A stretch of 63,857 bases of DNA, the filler included, from Reticulomyxa filosa (Eukaryota; Protista; Foraminifera), in NCBI GenBank assembly GCA_000512085.1. It is 13 parts of 13 records of this genome, joined end to end, with 100 filler letters (N's around TTAATTAATTAA, not from the genome) between each part and the next. Parts side by side here need not be neighbours in the genome. Positions count along the whole stretch, not along the records: positions 50,251 to 54,269 come from ASPP01006446.1; positions 54,370 to 55,418 come from ASPP01028626.1; positions 55,519 to 62,727 come from ASPP01002087.1; 10 more parts are not named here. One strand, 5' to 3'. This document shows positions 50,151 through 62,627 of the stretch, piece by piece (the first letter of the stretch is position 1; every line of letters begins with the position of its first letter). A program made the position numbers and the translations under genes. The notes beneath the pieces are model-generated. The model was not told the DNA's origin. It ran no database searches and saw only the letters and a list, made by a program, of their open reading frames with translations.

Positions 50151-51074
50151 NNNNNNNNNNNNNNNNNNNNNNNNNNNNNNNNNNNNNNNNNNNNTTAATT
50201 AATTAANNNNNNNNNNNNNNNNNNNNNNNNNNNNNNNNNNNNNNNNNNNNCATAAAACGATATCTTATGATGATAATTGATTTTTCATTGGGAAAATCAA
50301 TTATCATCATAAGATATCGTTTTATGCGTTCAGTTTTCTTTGCAACCTACTGTATGAAATCTAAATTATCACGTTTGTTTGATTATTATATGAACAATTG
50401 CCTTATTTTTATCATCTTTGACATTATATTTGCGATTTTACATTTGAATTTTGAGCAATTATTTGATAGTATTGTATCATGTTCTATATGTATTTGTATA
50501 CATTCATTAGTAAATGCGAAATTTATATATGTACTTATTTGTTTTAATGTGAATGATTGATAACTATACTGTGAAACGGTCAATTATATACAGTATATAT
50601 TGTTGTCTGTTTCTAGTTTGTTGAAATTTTCATATAATGTATAAACATACTTTTAAAAATACATAACTACTGGAAAATGTTGGATTTAGACAACATTCAT
50701 ATTATGTTGCTAATCTTAATACTGTACTATTTAGTAACAATATAAGTATAACACTAATTAACTGGCTTATAATTGCATTTAAGCACATAGAATGCAAAGT
50801 AAAGTTGATACATAAACAGTACATTATATAGCTGATTGATTTCTTAATGAAAAAACAATATTCATACTTAATTTTTTAAAAATATATATTGACCATGTAG
50901 TTTTAAAATATCATTTCGGTTTTTATTAAATATTTACTAATTATTTCAATATTTTGTCATTTATTTATTTTTAGTACTTTGAAAAAAGTACTTTTCTCTG
51001 AGAAAAAAATTTTCTTAAAAACTACGCAACATAGAATGATAATTTTTTAAAAAATATCTACTCATTGAACTTTC

Positions 51075-51190
51075 CGAAAATGCTTTAAAAAAGTTATCAA
51101 ATTTCATTGTTGCGACACAGTCAATATTGTCAACTTTTTATCGAAAATTTCAAAAATCAATAAACATTCAAATTTTTTAAACAATTAGTA
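51075..51190 (+). repeat. AT-rich dispersed repeat, copy 2
   Basis: AAAGTTATCAAATTTCATTGTTGC..ATTGTCAACTTTTT..AAAAATCAATAAACATTCAAATTTTTTAAACAATT, homologous to 45180-45310 on another contig. Confidence 0.65.
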
Positions 51191-53313
51191 AATATATAAT
51201 AAAACCAAAATGATATTTAAAAACTATATTATTCGTTATATTTTAAAAAATTAAGTCTGAATGTTGTTTTTTCATGAAGAAAATCAATTATATAATTGAC
51301 CGTTTATGTATCAACTTTAATTTGCATTATACTGTTATTCATTTTATTTAATCTAAGTTTTGCATTGTATTATATAATTTTTCCAATAAGTTAGTATTGT
51401 GTATTGAGTTTCTGTATGTAGCGTCAACTTTTTTAAATTATAAACAATTTAATAATTCTTTTTCAGATTTTTGCCAATTTAATTGTTATGTACTAAATTG
51501 TTTTAAAATTGACAATACATTGATAAATACGACTTACTGATTTTATACATGACGTCACAGCTGCATCATTTGAAGAATCACATTTCACAATAAATCATTT
51601 GTTTTGTTTTAAATGAATCAACAATTATTCATTATATTACATATTTCAATTAATATAATGTGTTATCTTGTTATCATGTTATCCAACTGTAACTAATTGT
51701 TCCAATTTGTTTTTTTATATTATTTTTGACTGTCGTTGACTTAACTATGTACTATATTGTACATTTTATAATATTTATTATCTTTTATCTAATGTCGTCT
51801 TATTTTTATCATACACTAACATAATCACAAGCATGTTCAACTAATACATTAACTATTAAATCAATATATAATCTTAATGTTTCAACATTTTTCTTGATAA
51901 CTACATTATATCAGATAATATAACTCAAATATCAAGTCAATGTTTGCTTGTATTAATTGCAATAAAATATAAGTTCTCGAAATTTAGTCTTGAAATGCAA
52001 AAATCTGATTTATTTTCAGCAAAATAGTTTTTCCACCAAATAGTTTATACATTAAATAATTTCGTCAAAATCATTTAAGTTTTGTGCAATAATTATTTCA
52101 TATAAGTATACTGTCAGACATTTGTACATTAAATATCTTAAAGCAATAACACATCTTGTACGTTGCTTTCCAATCCAAAAACTGTATCATAAATTGTGGA
52201 AAACGGTCTATCATCAGTAGAATTAGTGCTATATTCATCATAATCATTATCATATAATGACTCATATTAACAATTAATAAACATATCTACCTTTTTTATT
52301 CATTATTTTATGTGTATTGCTATTTGCAGAACAATTTTACTTGGTCGAGACAAAGGCGAAAAATAGCCATGTTGATGAGCACACGTCCATGATCAAAATA
52401 CATCATTTGTAAATTCGGGAAGCTTGTTGTTGTTTCTACCGACTTTTTTTTTACGTATGTATACCAGTATGATAAAGTTTTTGCCTTTTTGTTCTACAAG
52501 GAGTGCAGAAAAGGGGAAGAGGGATCAAAATGAAGAACAAAGAGGAGGATCGACCAAGAACAAGTACAAAAAAAAAAAATGGACAAAAACAATAACATCA
52601 ATAACTTCTTTTATTGTCTTTGGCTTCTTGCCGTACGCAAATCGATCAACACATTTTTGTGCTTGCATTTCTTCGTGACACTTTCGGAGAGTTAGCACTT
52701 TATGCATTCGTTTCCGTCATTTTTAATGCCATGCCAATGCTATATTGCTTCCAAATGAAAGTTAAATTAATTCCTGTTTACCCAGTGATCATCTATTTCA
52801 GTTTTAAGTATAGCAATTTCTTGCTAGTCTGCAGCTCCCTTTGCTACTAACCTGTTTTGAACTGTCAGAACTTACCAGCCCTTGTGCGTTTTTGTTCATA
52901 AAAAAACAACTGTAATGTAAAATAATTCAGTGAAAAAATTACGCGAATAAGAGTTTTTAAAAGAATAAAAAAGTACTGTTCCATTTTAGACAACATAAAT
53001 TTTATTTTAAAAGATATTTTTTCAAAAATCACACTGAAAAATGTCTCAAAGTTATGGTCATTATGCAAGGCAGCAAGGATCCAAAAAGAAAGCGCATTTT
53101 TTTCTCCAAAGGCCGAGTTGAAGAGGGAGAAAAAAAAAAACACTCAAGGAAAAGGGGAAAAAAAATTAATCAAAACGGTTATTTTGTGCACCTATAAACA
53201 AACAACATAAAGGCCAATTTCAAATGCCACAAGCAATGAAAATCAACTGAAGCAAACTTAGTTTCGAACAACAAGCAAAAAAAAAAAAAAACACATTTTT
53301 ATTTGTTTCTTTC

Positions 53314-54103
53314 TTATGAGGAAGCAACACTGTCAAGAGCTTTATTGACGACGTCTAGCAATTTTTTTAGTTCATCTTGGCATTGTTCATCGTGTTTATT
53401 GTCTTGAGTGACCCCTTCTCCTTGAGGATTTTCATCACTTGAAGGTTGTTGGGTAGCTTTTTTTGTTTCTTCAATGCTTTGTTTAATGGTGGTTGCCACT
53501 TCTCGCAGTTTCTCAACCCCCACCGTGGATCGCAGCAATTGAGATATGTCTTTTGCTTTTTTTGTTGTCACAGGCGGAATAGACTCGCTTTGAATTGTCA
53601 ATGTTTTGGCATTGCCGTTCGTTGTTGGACGAGTGGATGAATATCTCAGCTCTTCATCTTTTGTGTCCAAAGAAATTGTTTTCGATTCAACTTTCTGCGT
53701 TAGGCTGGGAAGATCCACATATTTGTGTCGCCTCAATTCGTCCATCGTTATGCGCTCATGTTCATATTTAAATATTTTTTCCATTACACCTATTTTAACC
53801 CAATTTCCAGTTTTTCAATTCATTTGTTTATTTGTTTATTTGTTTATTTAGTTTTTTTTTTTTTTGTTTATGTTTTTCCAAATAAAATAAAAAAATAAAC
53901 TCAAAGCATCAGTTGAAACTAAAGGCAATCTTCTCCAGTGTGCCAAAACATCGCGTAAACGACCAGATATAATAAATCGAAATGCTGGATTGGTCGGACT
54001 AGCAAATTCATATGGAGGTGCTCCCACGAGCATCATAAAGAGCATTACCCCAAGACACCAAATGTCTGCCATCTCAGGTGAATATTCTTTTTTTGCATAG
54101 ACC
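53314..54103 (-). CDS. Ser/Thr protein kinase (CAMK-like), C-lobe and tail only
   Basis: VYAKKEYSPEMADIWCLGVMLFMMLVGAPPY (subdomain IX) and EHERITMDELRRHKYV (subdomain XI). Confidence 0.88.
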
Positions 54104-54369
54104 TATGTTCCACATGGGAAAAAGGGGGGGAGAGGAGGGACAACACAAATTCACATTTTTTCTTCAAGAAAAAAAGTTTTAAACAAACAAAAAGGAAGGA
54201 CCAAAAATAAGCTTACGTATAATCGTCAAAAAAAAATTTGTCTAGTTCTTTTTTTTAAAAAAAAAAAAANNNNNNNNNNNNNNNNNNNNNNNNNNNNNNN
54301 NNNNNNNNNNNNNTTAATTAATTAANNNNNNNNNNNNNNNNNNNNNNNNNNNNNNNNNNNNNNNNNNNN

Positions 54370-55260
54370 TTTGATTTTGATTTTGATTTTGATTTTGATT
54401 TTGATTTTGATTTGCATTTGCGTTTACATTTGCATTTTCGTTCTGTTGTTCATTGTCATGTTTGTTTTCGTCTTTTTTAAATATACTAAAATGATGTTGG
54501 AGTTGGAAGCCGTGTGCCGTGTCATCATCTACTTCATCGACAAGAGAATGAATATAATCTCGAATTTTTTTGCGCACTCGATACGATATGTTGACTTGCC
54601 AGTCGCTCGTTTCACACACATAACGTTTGTATAGCACATATGCCATCCTTTTGTATTTGTTCTGTTGCGCACGGGTGGGGAGACGTATACCCCCATTCCA
54701 ATCTTTGTACACAATTGCCGACTTTGGGATGTCACGACCATTATATGGCATTGGTAGCATCACCAATCGATATGCTAAGTCCACATATTGTTTCAATAAT
54801 ATAACATATATGTACATATATATACATATATATGTATATGTATATGTATATGTATATTTATATATATGTATGCATATGTGTATATGTAAATGTATATAAT
54901 TCAAACAAAAGATTAACAGTTGATGGAATGAATAGCCTTCATGGAATTGTGTTGATGCTCTTCAAAGACACTTTTTGCCATTTGCAGATATTTACCGTCT
55001 GTTTCTGGATCAAAAATATACGTGTCAATGGATGCAATGGACACAGTGACACTATCGCTACGATTATGATCCTGGCTAGTGATAACCGCAGGGGGATGTA
55101 TAGTCGAAGTGGAAGCTGACTGAACAGATTGCACAGACATCAAATTGCTTTTAATGATTTCGACCATCAAAGGGAGAAGATACTCGGATTCACTCAAAAG
55201 CTTCTCTTTGAACTGAGTAAACTCCACACAAGACAGCAGGCATTCCATGCTAAACCTGCA
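54370..55260 (-). CDS. RGS-domain protein fragment
   Basis: FSMECLLSCVEFTQFK and, after a long insert, AYVLYKRYVCETSDWQVNISYRVRKKI match the RGS signatures (FSxEN..F and Y....S..EVNI). Confidence 0.75.
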
Positions 55261-55377
55261 CATTCCACAATTGATGATATTGAAAAGAGTCAAATATTTG
55301 TATATGCCATCCTCATTATGAACATATACATCACAAATTTGGAAAAACTAAAAATGAAAATAAAAAGCAAAATTATT

Positions 55378-55418
<41 letters not shown>

Positions 55419-56277
55419 NNNNNNNNNNNNNNNNNNNNNNNNNNNNNNNNNNNNNNNNNNNNTTAATTAATTAANNNNNNNNNNNNNNNNNNNNNNNNNN
55501 NNNNNNNNNNNNNNNNNNTTTTTTACTATGTATAAATCAAAAAAAAATTTTAATTGTTTGTCCAAAGGAAAAACAAAGCGTGAAATTGAGTTGAAATCCA
55601 CTTATGACATGTATATCTTTTTTATTCTTTAAAAATAAAATAATTATTTGTGTGTTAGATATACTAAAAAACAAAAGAAGATGCAAATGTATTTGTTTTT
55701 TTTATAAAGAAAGAAAGTTGTAGAAGGGAAAAATGGTTAATGATGAAGAAAAAAAAAGGTGAAAAAAAAGATAAAAGAGATTATAAAAAAAGTTTATTGT
55801 TATGATTATGTAAAAAAAAGGATAAAAAGAATAAAAAATTGAAAGTTTATTTTTTATATTTTTTTTAACGTTGAAACTATACTCTAAGAATTGTGTATCC
55901 AGTGGATCTCAACAAAAAAAAATTTTGAATTTTTCTTTAGTGGTCATGTACATAGGTGGAACAATTCTTTGCTTTGATATTTATTTTTTTTAAATAAGAC
56001 GCAAGAAACCATGAATCAACAAAAAGTAATTTTTTTTTTGAGATGAGAAATTATGAACAATTCTTGCTTTTGGTTTCCGCAAAATTATATTCAAAATAAA
56101 TTCCACAAGACAATTTCATGGATAAGTTCATGCTTAAGTACAAATGGAATCTTTTTTTGAACCACAATTCAAATGTAAAAGAAGAGTTATTATTTACTTC
56201 AGACCACAAACTATCAAGAAAGTTTATAAATTTTTTGGGATGTTCACAAAAAAAAAAAGGAGAAATTTGAAATAACG

Positions 56278-57897
56278 ATGATGAAAACGGTAACCAAGAA
56301 CATCTCTTTATTCAAGAGTCTATACTGCAAACCAAACTACAGTCCCCTCTTCCTCCACTCTCTACGACAAAAGAGTCAGTACGATATTTTTTTGGAACAA
56401 CAACACGAAGGAAACGAACTTAAAAAAAAAATACAAGGGCGAAACGGGGCATTAGTAAAGACAGTGCCACCTCCACAATCTCGTAATGTAAGACTATTGA
56501 TTAAACAAATGACAACAATTGATGACATTATTGAATTCCTTCAAAATACTCCTTCTCAAGATACAAGTGTTTATACTGTAGCAATTAAAAGATGCTCTGA
56601 ATTAAAACAACCAAATGTATTTCCTCAAATTATACAATTAATTTATCAGCAAAATCTTCAATTGGATATTATTTTTTGTAATAATACTTTGCATTATTTG
56701 GGTATTTGGAATAAATTTGATCTTCAAAAAAAGCTATTTGAACAATGGTTCATTCATAAACAATTCACATCAAATACTATACCTTTTAATCCTGATGTAA
56801 TAACTATATCCACAATGATTAAAGGTTGTTCAAAAAAAGGTGATGTTAAACAAGCATTATATTATTTTCAATTATTAGTTAATGATTACAATCTTAAGCC
56901 AAATGGAATAACATGTAATACGATGTTATCAGTATGTGCAAATTCATGTGATATGGACAGTGCTGAAATAATTTGGAAGACAATGCAAAATGAGGCACAC
57001 ATTCAAATTGATGTTATTGCAATTACTTCAATGTTGAATGTATATGCACAATGTAGAGAATCAAAAAAGATGATGGATTTATTAAATTATTCGCAACAAC
57101 ATGAGCATTTTATTTCAATTAATGAAATAACATGTGCAACTATAATGTCAGGATTAATAAGAGATAATAAGATTGACGAAATGTTTGATTTTTATCAAAA
57201 TGAAATTCCAAAATTATCATTAAAAAATAATATTGATATAAATTGTAAAAGATTTATTAATTTAAAGAGTATTGGACATTTGAAAAAGATGGAAATGTTA
57301 AATGAAAATGAATCAGATAAACTATCATATCATCATCAACAATTTTTAAATATATTCTTTAATGAATTATATCCTAATACTAATAAAGCTTTAATTTCTA
57401 TTGATGAAAGAGATATGGAAAAATTGATATGTTCATATGTATTATTGCACAAAAAAGATTGGATAGATGCAGTACAAGATGTGGAAAGAATATTAGATCA
57501 AAAATCAAATTTTAGCCATTCTTTTAATTATTGGAGTATTGACATATTCAATAAACGACAACTATTATTAAATTTTAATTTAATGTCAGCAATATCAACA
57601 AATTTTTTTTTACGTTATTTGATGACATTCAAAAGAGATGAATTAAAATATGAATTCAAAAATGGTCCAATCAAGGTATTATGTGGAAAAGGTCAATATT
57701 CAAAAATAATTAAAAAAGGAGGAATTTGTGAATCTCCAAAAAAGAAAAGCATTGAAAATGAATTCAAAAAATGGAAGATTCCAATTCGTTTAGAACAAGA
57801 TCAGTTTAATCAAGCAGTGTGGTGTTTGAATCAAGATGATGTAACATTATTTTTTAAATTAGTTCCTCCTGGTGAAGATTGTTTGAAGTGGTGGTGA
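56278..57897 (+). CDS. Pentatricopeptide-repeat protein with a C-terminal SMR-like domain
   Basis: PPR motifs PDVITISTMIKGCSKKGDVKQALYYF, PNGITCNTMLSVCA, DVIAITSMLNVYAQ and NEITCATIMSGLI. The C-terminus LNFNLMS..FFLRY..IKVLCGKGQYS..NQAVWCL is SMR-like. The N-terminus is basic and presequence-like. Confidence 0.85.
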   Translation: MMKTVTKNISLFKSLYCKPNYSPLFLHSLRQKSQYDIFLEQQHEGNELKKKIQGRNGALVKTVPPPQSRNVRLLIKQMTTIDDIIEFLQNTPSQDTSVYTVAIKRCSELKQPNVFPQIIQLIYQQNLQLDIIFCNNTLHYLGIWNKFDLQKKLFEQWFIHKQFTSNTIPFNPDVITISTMIKGCSKKGDVKQALYYFQLLVNDYNLKPNGITCNTMLSVCANSCDMDSAEIIWKTMQNEAHIQIDVIAITSMLNVYAQCRESKKMMDLLNYSQQHEHFISINEITCATIMSGLIRDNKIDEMFDFYQNEIPKLSLKNNIDINCKRFINLKSIGHLKKMEMLNENESDKLSYHHQQFLNIFFNELYPNTNKALISIDERDMEKLICSYVLLHKKDWIDAVQDVERILDQKSNFSHSFNYWSIDIFNKRQLLLNFNLMSAISTNFFLRYLMTFKRDELKYEFKNGPIKVLCGKGQYSKIIKKGGICESPKKKSIENEFKKWKIPIRLEQDQFNQAVWCLNQDDVTLFFKLVPPGEDCLKWW

Positions 57898-58500
57898 AAA
57901 AAATAATTTCGGCTGTTGTTTTTGATTGAAAATTATTTGAATTATTAGAGTTTTAAGGGTGCAAATGATTAATTTCAGCAAGAGATTTCTTGGAAAGAAG
58001 AGTATTTTCAGCTCCTTTTTTTTATCATCAATAGTTTGAAGAAGCTATTTTTGAGTCATTTCATTTTGTCATAATATGCAATTCAGTAAAGGAACTATTT
58101 TTTTTTATTTAATTTATGAAAGAGTCAACCGAAATAGACTCTTTGTTTGCATTGAAACAAGTGTTTGTGCTTGAACTTTGCAATGCATGTGCTTGTGGTA
58201 ATTGTAAAGTTGTAAAATGGAGTTGGAGATTGTTTATGGAGACACATTTCAATGACGTCTTCATGTTCGAAATAATAAAATGCAGACATTGTACAAATTG
58301 CACTTCTCTTTTATTGTATTCATTTCGTAAAAATGTTAAAGCATCAAGATAACTCAAAACGCTCGAAAATATTTGCTGATGGTATGCAAGATAATATTCA
58401 ACAGAGGCATTCAATTTTTTTATATGAAGCCTAACAAATAAAAAAAAGAAAATCTAAGTGGAAATATTTGTTGCAGTTGATAATACATATATGTTTAAAG

Positions 58501-60077
58501 TTAATAAAATACAGAATCTCTGGTGTAATGTCTTTCAAATTCTCTGTATCCTTCCCATTTTCCTTTCTTCCACAAAAAGAATGTCAGTTCGCAAGAATTT
58601 ATATCCAAAGTTGTCCTTTTTTTCAATATCTCTTGCACACAATAAATTCCAGCAGCCCGAATTTCAGCTTCTAGTTCTCCAGCCTTGAGAACATGCTTTC
58701 CACTTTGCAAATAATGAGACAATTCTTTGCTAACATTAGATTTGAACACGATCATTTGATCTTTGATTAAAACACAAGGAACGACATTATCAATGACCGC
58801 AGATACATTCATGTCTTTTTCTTTGAAAGGACGCAAATTGTTTTGCAGTTCCATCAAAATAAGTTGTGCTCGTTTGAAAAAAAAGACTTTGTCAAAAAAG
58901 AATCATTTAAGCTGGCGAAGTCATTGACAAATGCCCGCAGCAAAAAACTGCAAATATTTTGATAGTACTGCGGCGAGTCATTGTGATCTTCTTTTTTTTC
59001 GTCTTTGTTGGTATCACAAACAAATTCCATTGTTAATTTGGCATGCTGTTCCTTCAAACGATTCACAAGCTCAATAACTTTTTCAAATTTCCAATGAAAT
59101 ACGATGGTGTCATTTATGCGATACAATACTGAATTGTCTGGAATTTTTTCTGAAACACTTTTGTCAGTGCAAGACAACACATATGTGCGATTAGGTCCCT
59201 CACCATTTTTCTTCAAAGCTGGAGCTAATTTTATACCCAACGGATAAGTGTTAAATGTAACCGTAGCGCTATTCTTTATATTATTGTTATTATTGTTATT
59301 TATTTTTATTATTGTGTTTACACTTTTATTTATTTATTTATATCTGTTTGAAACGTTTAAACAAATATATATGTACATATACAAAACAGCGAGTTGTTTG
59401 TACAAGTGCATATAATGATAAAAGTAATCTGCAAAATCTTTCATTTCATATTCTTTTGTAATTACATCGGCAGCTTCTACCAACACATCGACAATCATTT
59501 GACAAAGACATTTTAATGACTCATGTTTTGCATAGGGAATATCAAACAGTGCGGAAATATCCTCAGCTTTCAATTGATAGAAATTTCTTGCATCGTTCAT
59601 TATTTTCTTTGAAATCATGTTTTTTAATCCCACTCCAATTGTCAACGACGCTCCACGACCATTACATGCCTCGTGCAAGGGCTTTCGATAGCCGCTTCCA
59701 AATTGCAACAAACAGTATATAAATGTCGCGTTGATGATTTCCCTATTTGTCAATGAAGATGCTTTTTCTTCGGAGGCTTTTTTTGGGTCTTTGTCTTTTG
59801 ATGAAGGCGGCTCCCAATTCCATGTATGAGGGGTAAATGCACCTTTTACTTCTTTGCTGTTCAGCGATTTTGCATACTCATCCAATTTCGAAACGTTCAG
59901 TTCTACGTACTTGCTATGTTTTATAAATTCTTCGCACGAAGTGTTAATCAAAACCACTGGGTCGGTTTCGTAAGGAATTAACGCATTTTTTGGCCAACGA
60001 AAAGGAATTGCAGGGCAATAATCATCGGACAAGAAAAAAGATGCCAATGAAGAGGAAACCTTTTCTTCCGCTTGCAT
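58501..60077 (-). CDS. Queuosine-5'-phosphate N-glycosylase/hydrolase (QNG1/DUF2419)-like protein with a PDZ-like insertion
   Basis: SCEEFIKHSKYVELNVSKL and LLQFGSGYRKPLH. After a frameshift in the homopolymer at 58894-58899: VFFFKRAQLILMEL, AVIDNVVPCVL, EAEIRAAGIYCVQEI, LTFFLWKKGK..RHYTRDSVFY*. Confidence 0.75.
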
Positions 60078-60578
60078 AATGTTTAACGTAGCTATTTATT
60101 TGACTTTATCAGGGAGCTGGAACGAACTTTTCCGTTTCTAGTCTCAAAAGACCGAAACAGTGCAAAACTATAAATTACGAGAAAGAGCAAAACAGTGGTA
60201 ATTGTTATTGTAATTTCGGTTTGCACTTTCCTTTAAAGGGCTGAAAACTTGTATTAACAAACATTCTGATATTTTCAAAATCTCTATTTAAAAAAATGAT
60301 GGTAAAAAGTAATTTACCTTTCTGTTTTTTGCCAAAGAAGTGACTGTAATTGAGTAGCAAAATGATGTTTGAAACGTATTGTTCAGCAAGAAAAGACTTG
60401 TTTGAAAAGTTAAAATTTTGCATTGACTTCAACAATAACATATTGAAAAACGACAGACGTTGCATCGATTTGTGTCAAAATGTTCAGAGAAAAAGTGGAA
60501 ACACGCGTTTCTAACGCGGTAAAATAACAAAAAAAAAAACAAACGGAAAAAGCAAAGCAACTTTCACAATTCGATAAC

Positions 60579-62627
60579 TTAAAGATTCGGTTTTCCTTCA
60601 TTGAAACGATTATCTCGACCTCTATCTCTAAATCCTCCATATCCCCTTCCACGGAATCCATCTCCTTTATTATCATAGTTGTTTCCGTCCTGATTGCCTC
60701 TGAAACCGTCCTCTCTTCCAAAACCACGGCCTCGCCCTCTTCCAAAGCCACGCCCTCGTCCTCGCCCTCTTCCTCGGCCACGATAGGAAGAAAAGCCTTC
60801 ACCGTTTCCATCATTATCGTCATATTTTGGGGCAAAGTTGTTATTACTACCATCAGGAAATGGAGGTGGCGGCAGTGGTGGCGCCCCACCTGCGTGATTA
60901 TCAAATTTATTGTAATGACTATTAGAATTCCCATAGAAGCGATTATTGCCTCTCCCACGACGATATCCTGAATTATCACGGTCGTAGCGATTATGTGTGT
61001 CGTTTTCATTATCATAGGTTGGCGGAGGTGGTGGTATTGGGGGTGATATGAATTCACCTCCTCCAACGTCGTTCAGGCTTCCGCCTCCTCTGTTGGAATT
61101 ATTATTTGAAGTGCAGTAAGGGTTATCAGTTAGGAAGTTGAGTTTAAACCAGTTGATCAATGTTTTGGGATCATCGAATATGCGATTACGGAATTTGTAT
61201 CCTTTGTAGGAAAGCATGATGTATTCGCGAAGAATTGTTTTTTTGCCTTTGGGGATATAAGATAGCAAGAAGAATCCTGGATGTCTGTGACTATAGGATA
61301 ATGTATACACAGTCTTCATTGCTCCTTCTTGCTTCCATTCATCTCTTAACACTGTCTCAATGTCCGCTTCATTACCATAACGAAATCTTGGATGATCTGC
61401 TACTTGTTGAACCCAAGCATTCATGCGTTCTCTATTGTTTATTTATTTATTTGTTTGTTTGTTTGTTTTTTCGTTCGTTCATGTACTCCATTTCATTTAA
61501 TTTGCCTTTCTTTTCATTCACTTTTTTCTCCTCATATTTGGCAATCACTCAAAAAAAAAAAAAAAAAAGATCATCACAATTGAACACAAACCTGAAAGTA
61601 GTGTTGATTTCATCCAAATCTTCAAACTTTTCATGGCAGTCTAGCCACGGGATTGTGAGTGTACGGCCCACACTGTGGGGGTTGTCATTGGGTTTATCTG
61701 CTTCATGGATGACAAAATGTACATACAAATCTGGGTCAAAAGACATTTTCCACGTCACACTCATGTAGTTTAGGCCTCGCGTTGATGGCCGAAATAGCAT
61801 TTGTCCATTCGTCTTGGATTCGGCTAACCTTGCAATGGCTTCCTCTTTCGTCACATTTTTGAATTTGGGGAAATTGATATTTCGAGGAACAAATGGTCTT
61901 TTTTTCAGCATTTCTTTTTGCATTTCTTTTAAGGCTTTTTTCGTGTCTTCTTCTTCGTTGCAAGGCTGCAGATAATTATCGGCACCCATTGGTTTCTCGT
62001 ATAGATTGTGTCTATTTGCTATAATGACAAAAAAAAAAAAAAAAACATGTACATATAATATATGTGCATATAATTAAAATAATGAAAAAAAAAGTGAACA
62101 CTAACCCATGTCATCGGGCAAGCATGATAATTTTACACTAAATCGATCTTTATCGATGGCAATAATCCTAGCATTGATCCAGCGCTCTTCTCCAATGGCA
62201 TTGCTGATTTCTTTTTTACGTTCTTGTCGACATTCTGGATTTTGATAATCATCTGCGTATTTGTCGCGAAGCGACATCATTTTGTTGGCCAACTCAAAGG
62301 AAATTTTGTCGGCGGGGATGAATGCGTCCAGACCATTGGAAAAAGCGCACTTGACACCACCAGAAGAGATTGATTTGACTTCGACGGTCACTAGCATGCC
62401 GAGTTGCAATGTCTGTTCCGATTCTCCAGTGAGCAAATGGAAGAGCTCATTACTTGGAATTGGGCCAAAGGGGTCTCTGGGATCGCGAAAGCCTTGCTTC
62501 ACCTCTTCTTTGATTTGTTGCAATTTCTGGGATATCCGCAGATTTTTGTCCTGGAACATTTTTTCTGCAAAGAATTCCAAATACAAAGATTCAATACGAT
62601 TACGATTTTGTATTGACCTGTTCTTCC
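60579..62627 (-). CDS. SPT6: Transcription elongation factor SPT6, C-terminal part (S1 domain, tandem SH2-like domains, RGG tail)
   Basis: FRDPR..LFHLLTGESEQTLQLGMLVTVEV (S1), RNINFPKFKNVT..FRPSTRGLNYMSVTWK, FEDLDEI, HPGFFLLSY..GYKFRNRIF..LINWFK, and an RGRG-rich tail. Confidence 0.93.

Noticed and set aside
53314-55418. RGS plus kinase fusion (GRK-like)
   Set aside because: The pieces are on different contigs separated by a linker, the kinase N-lobe is absent, and the kinase looks CAMK-like rather than AGC-like.
7460-58900. Numerous frameshifts in conserved genes (about 7465, 7618, 21790, 26501, 28902, 46320, 58896) as programmed ribosomal frameshifting or RNA editing
   Set aside because: Each is fixed by adding or removing one base in a homopolymer. 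Both directions occur and there is no common slippery-site or stop context. This is typical of pyrosequencing error; Illumina or RNA reads would settle it.
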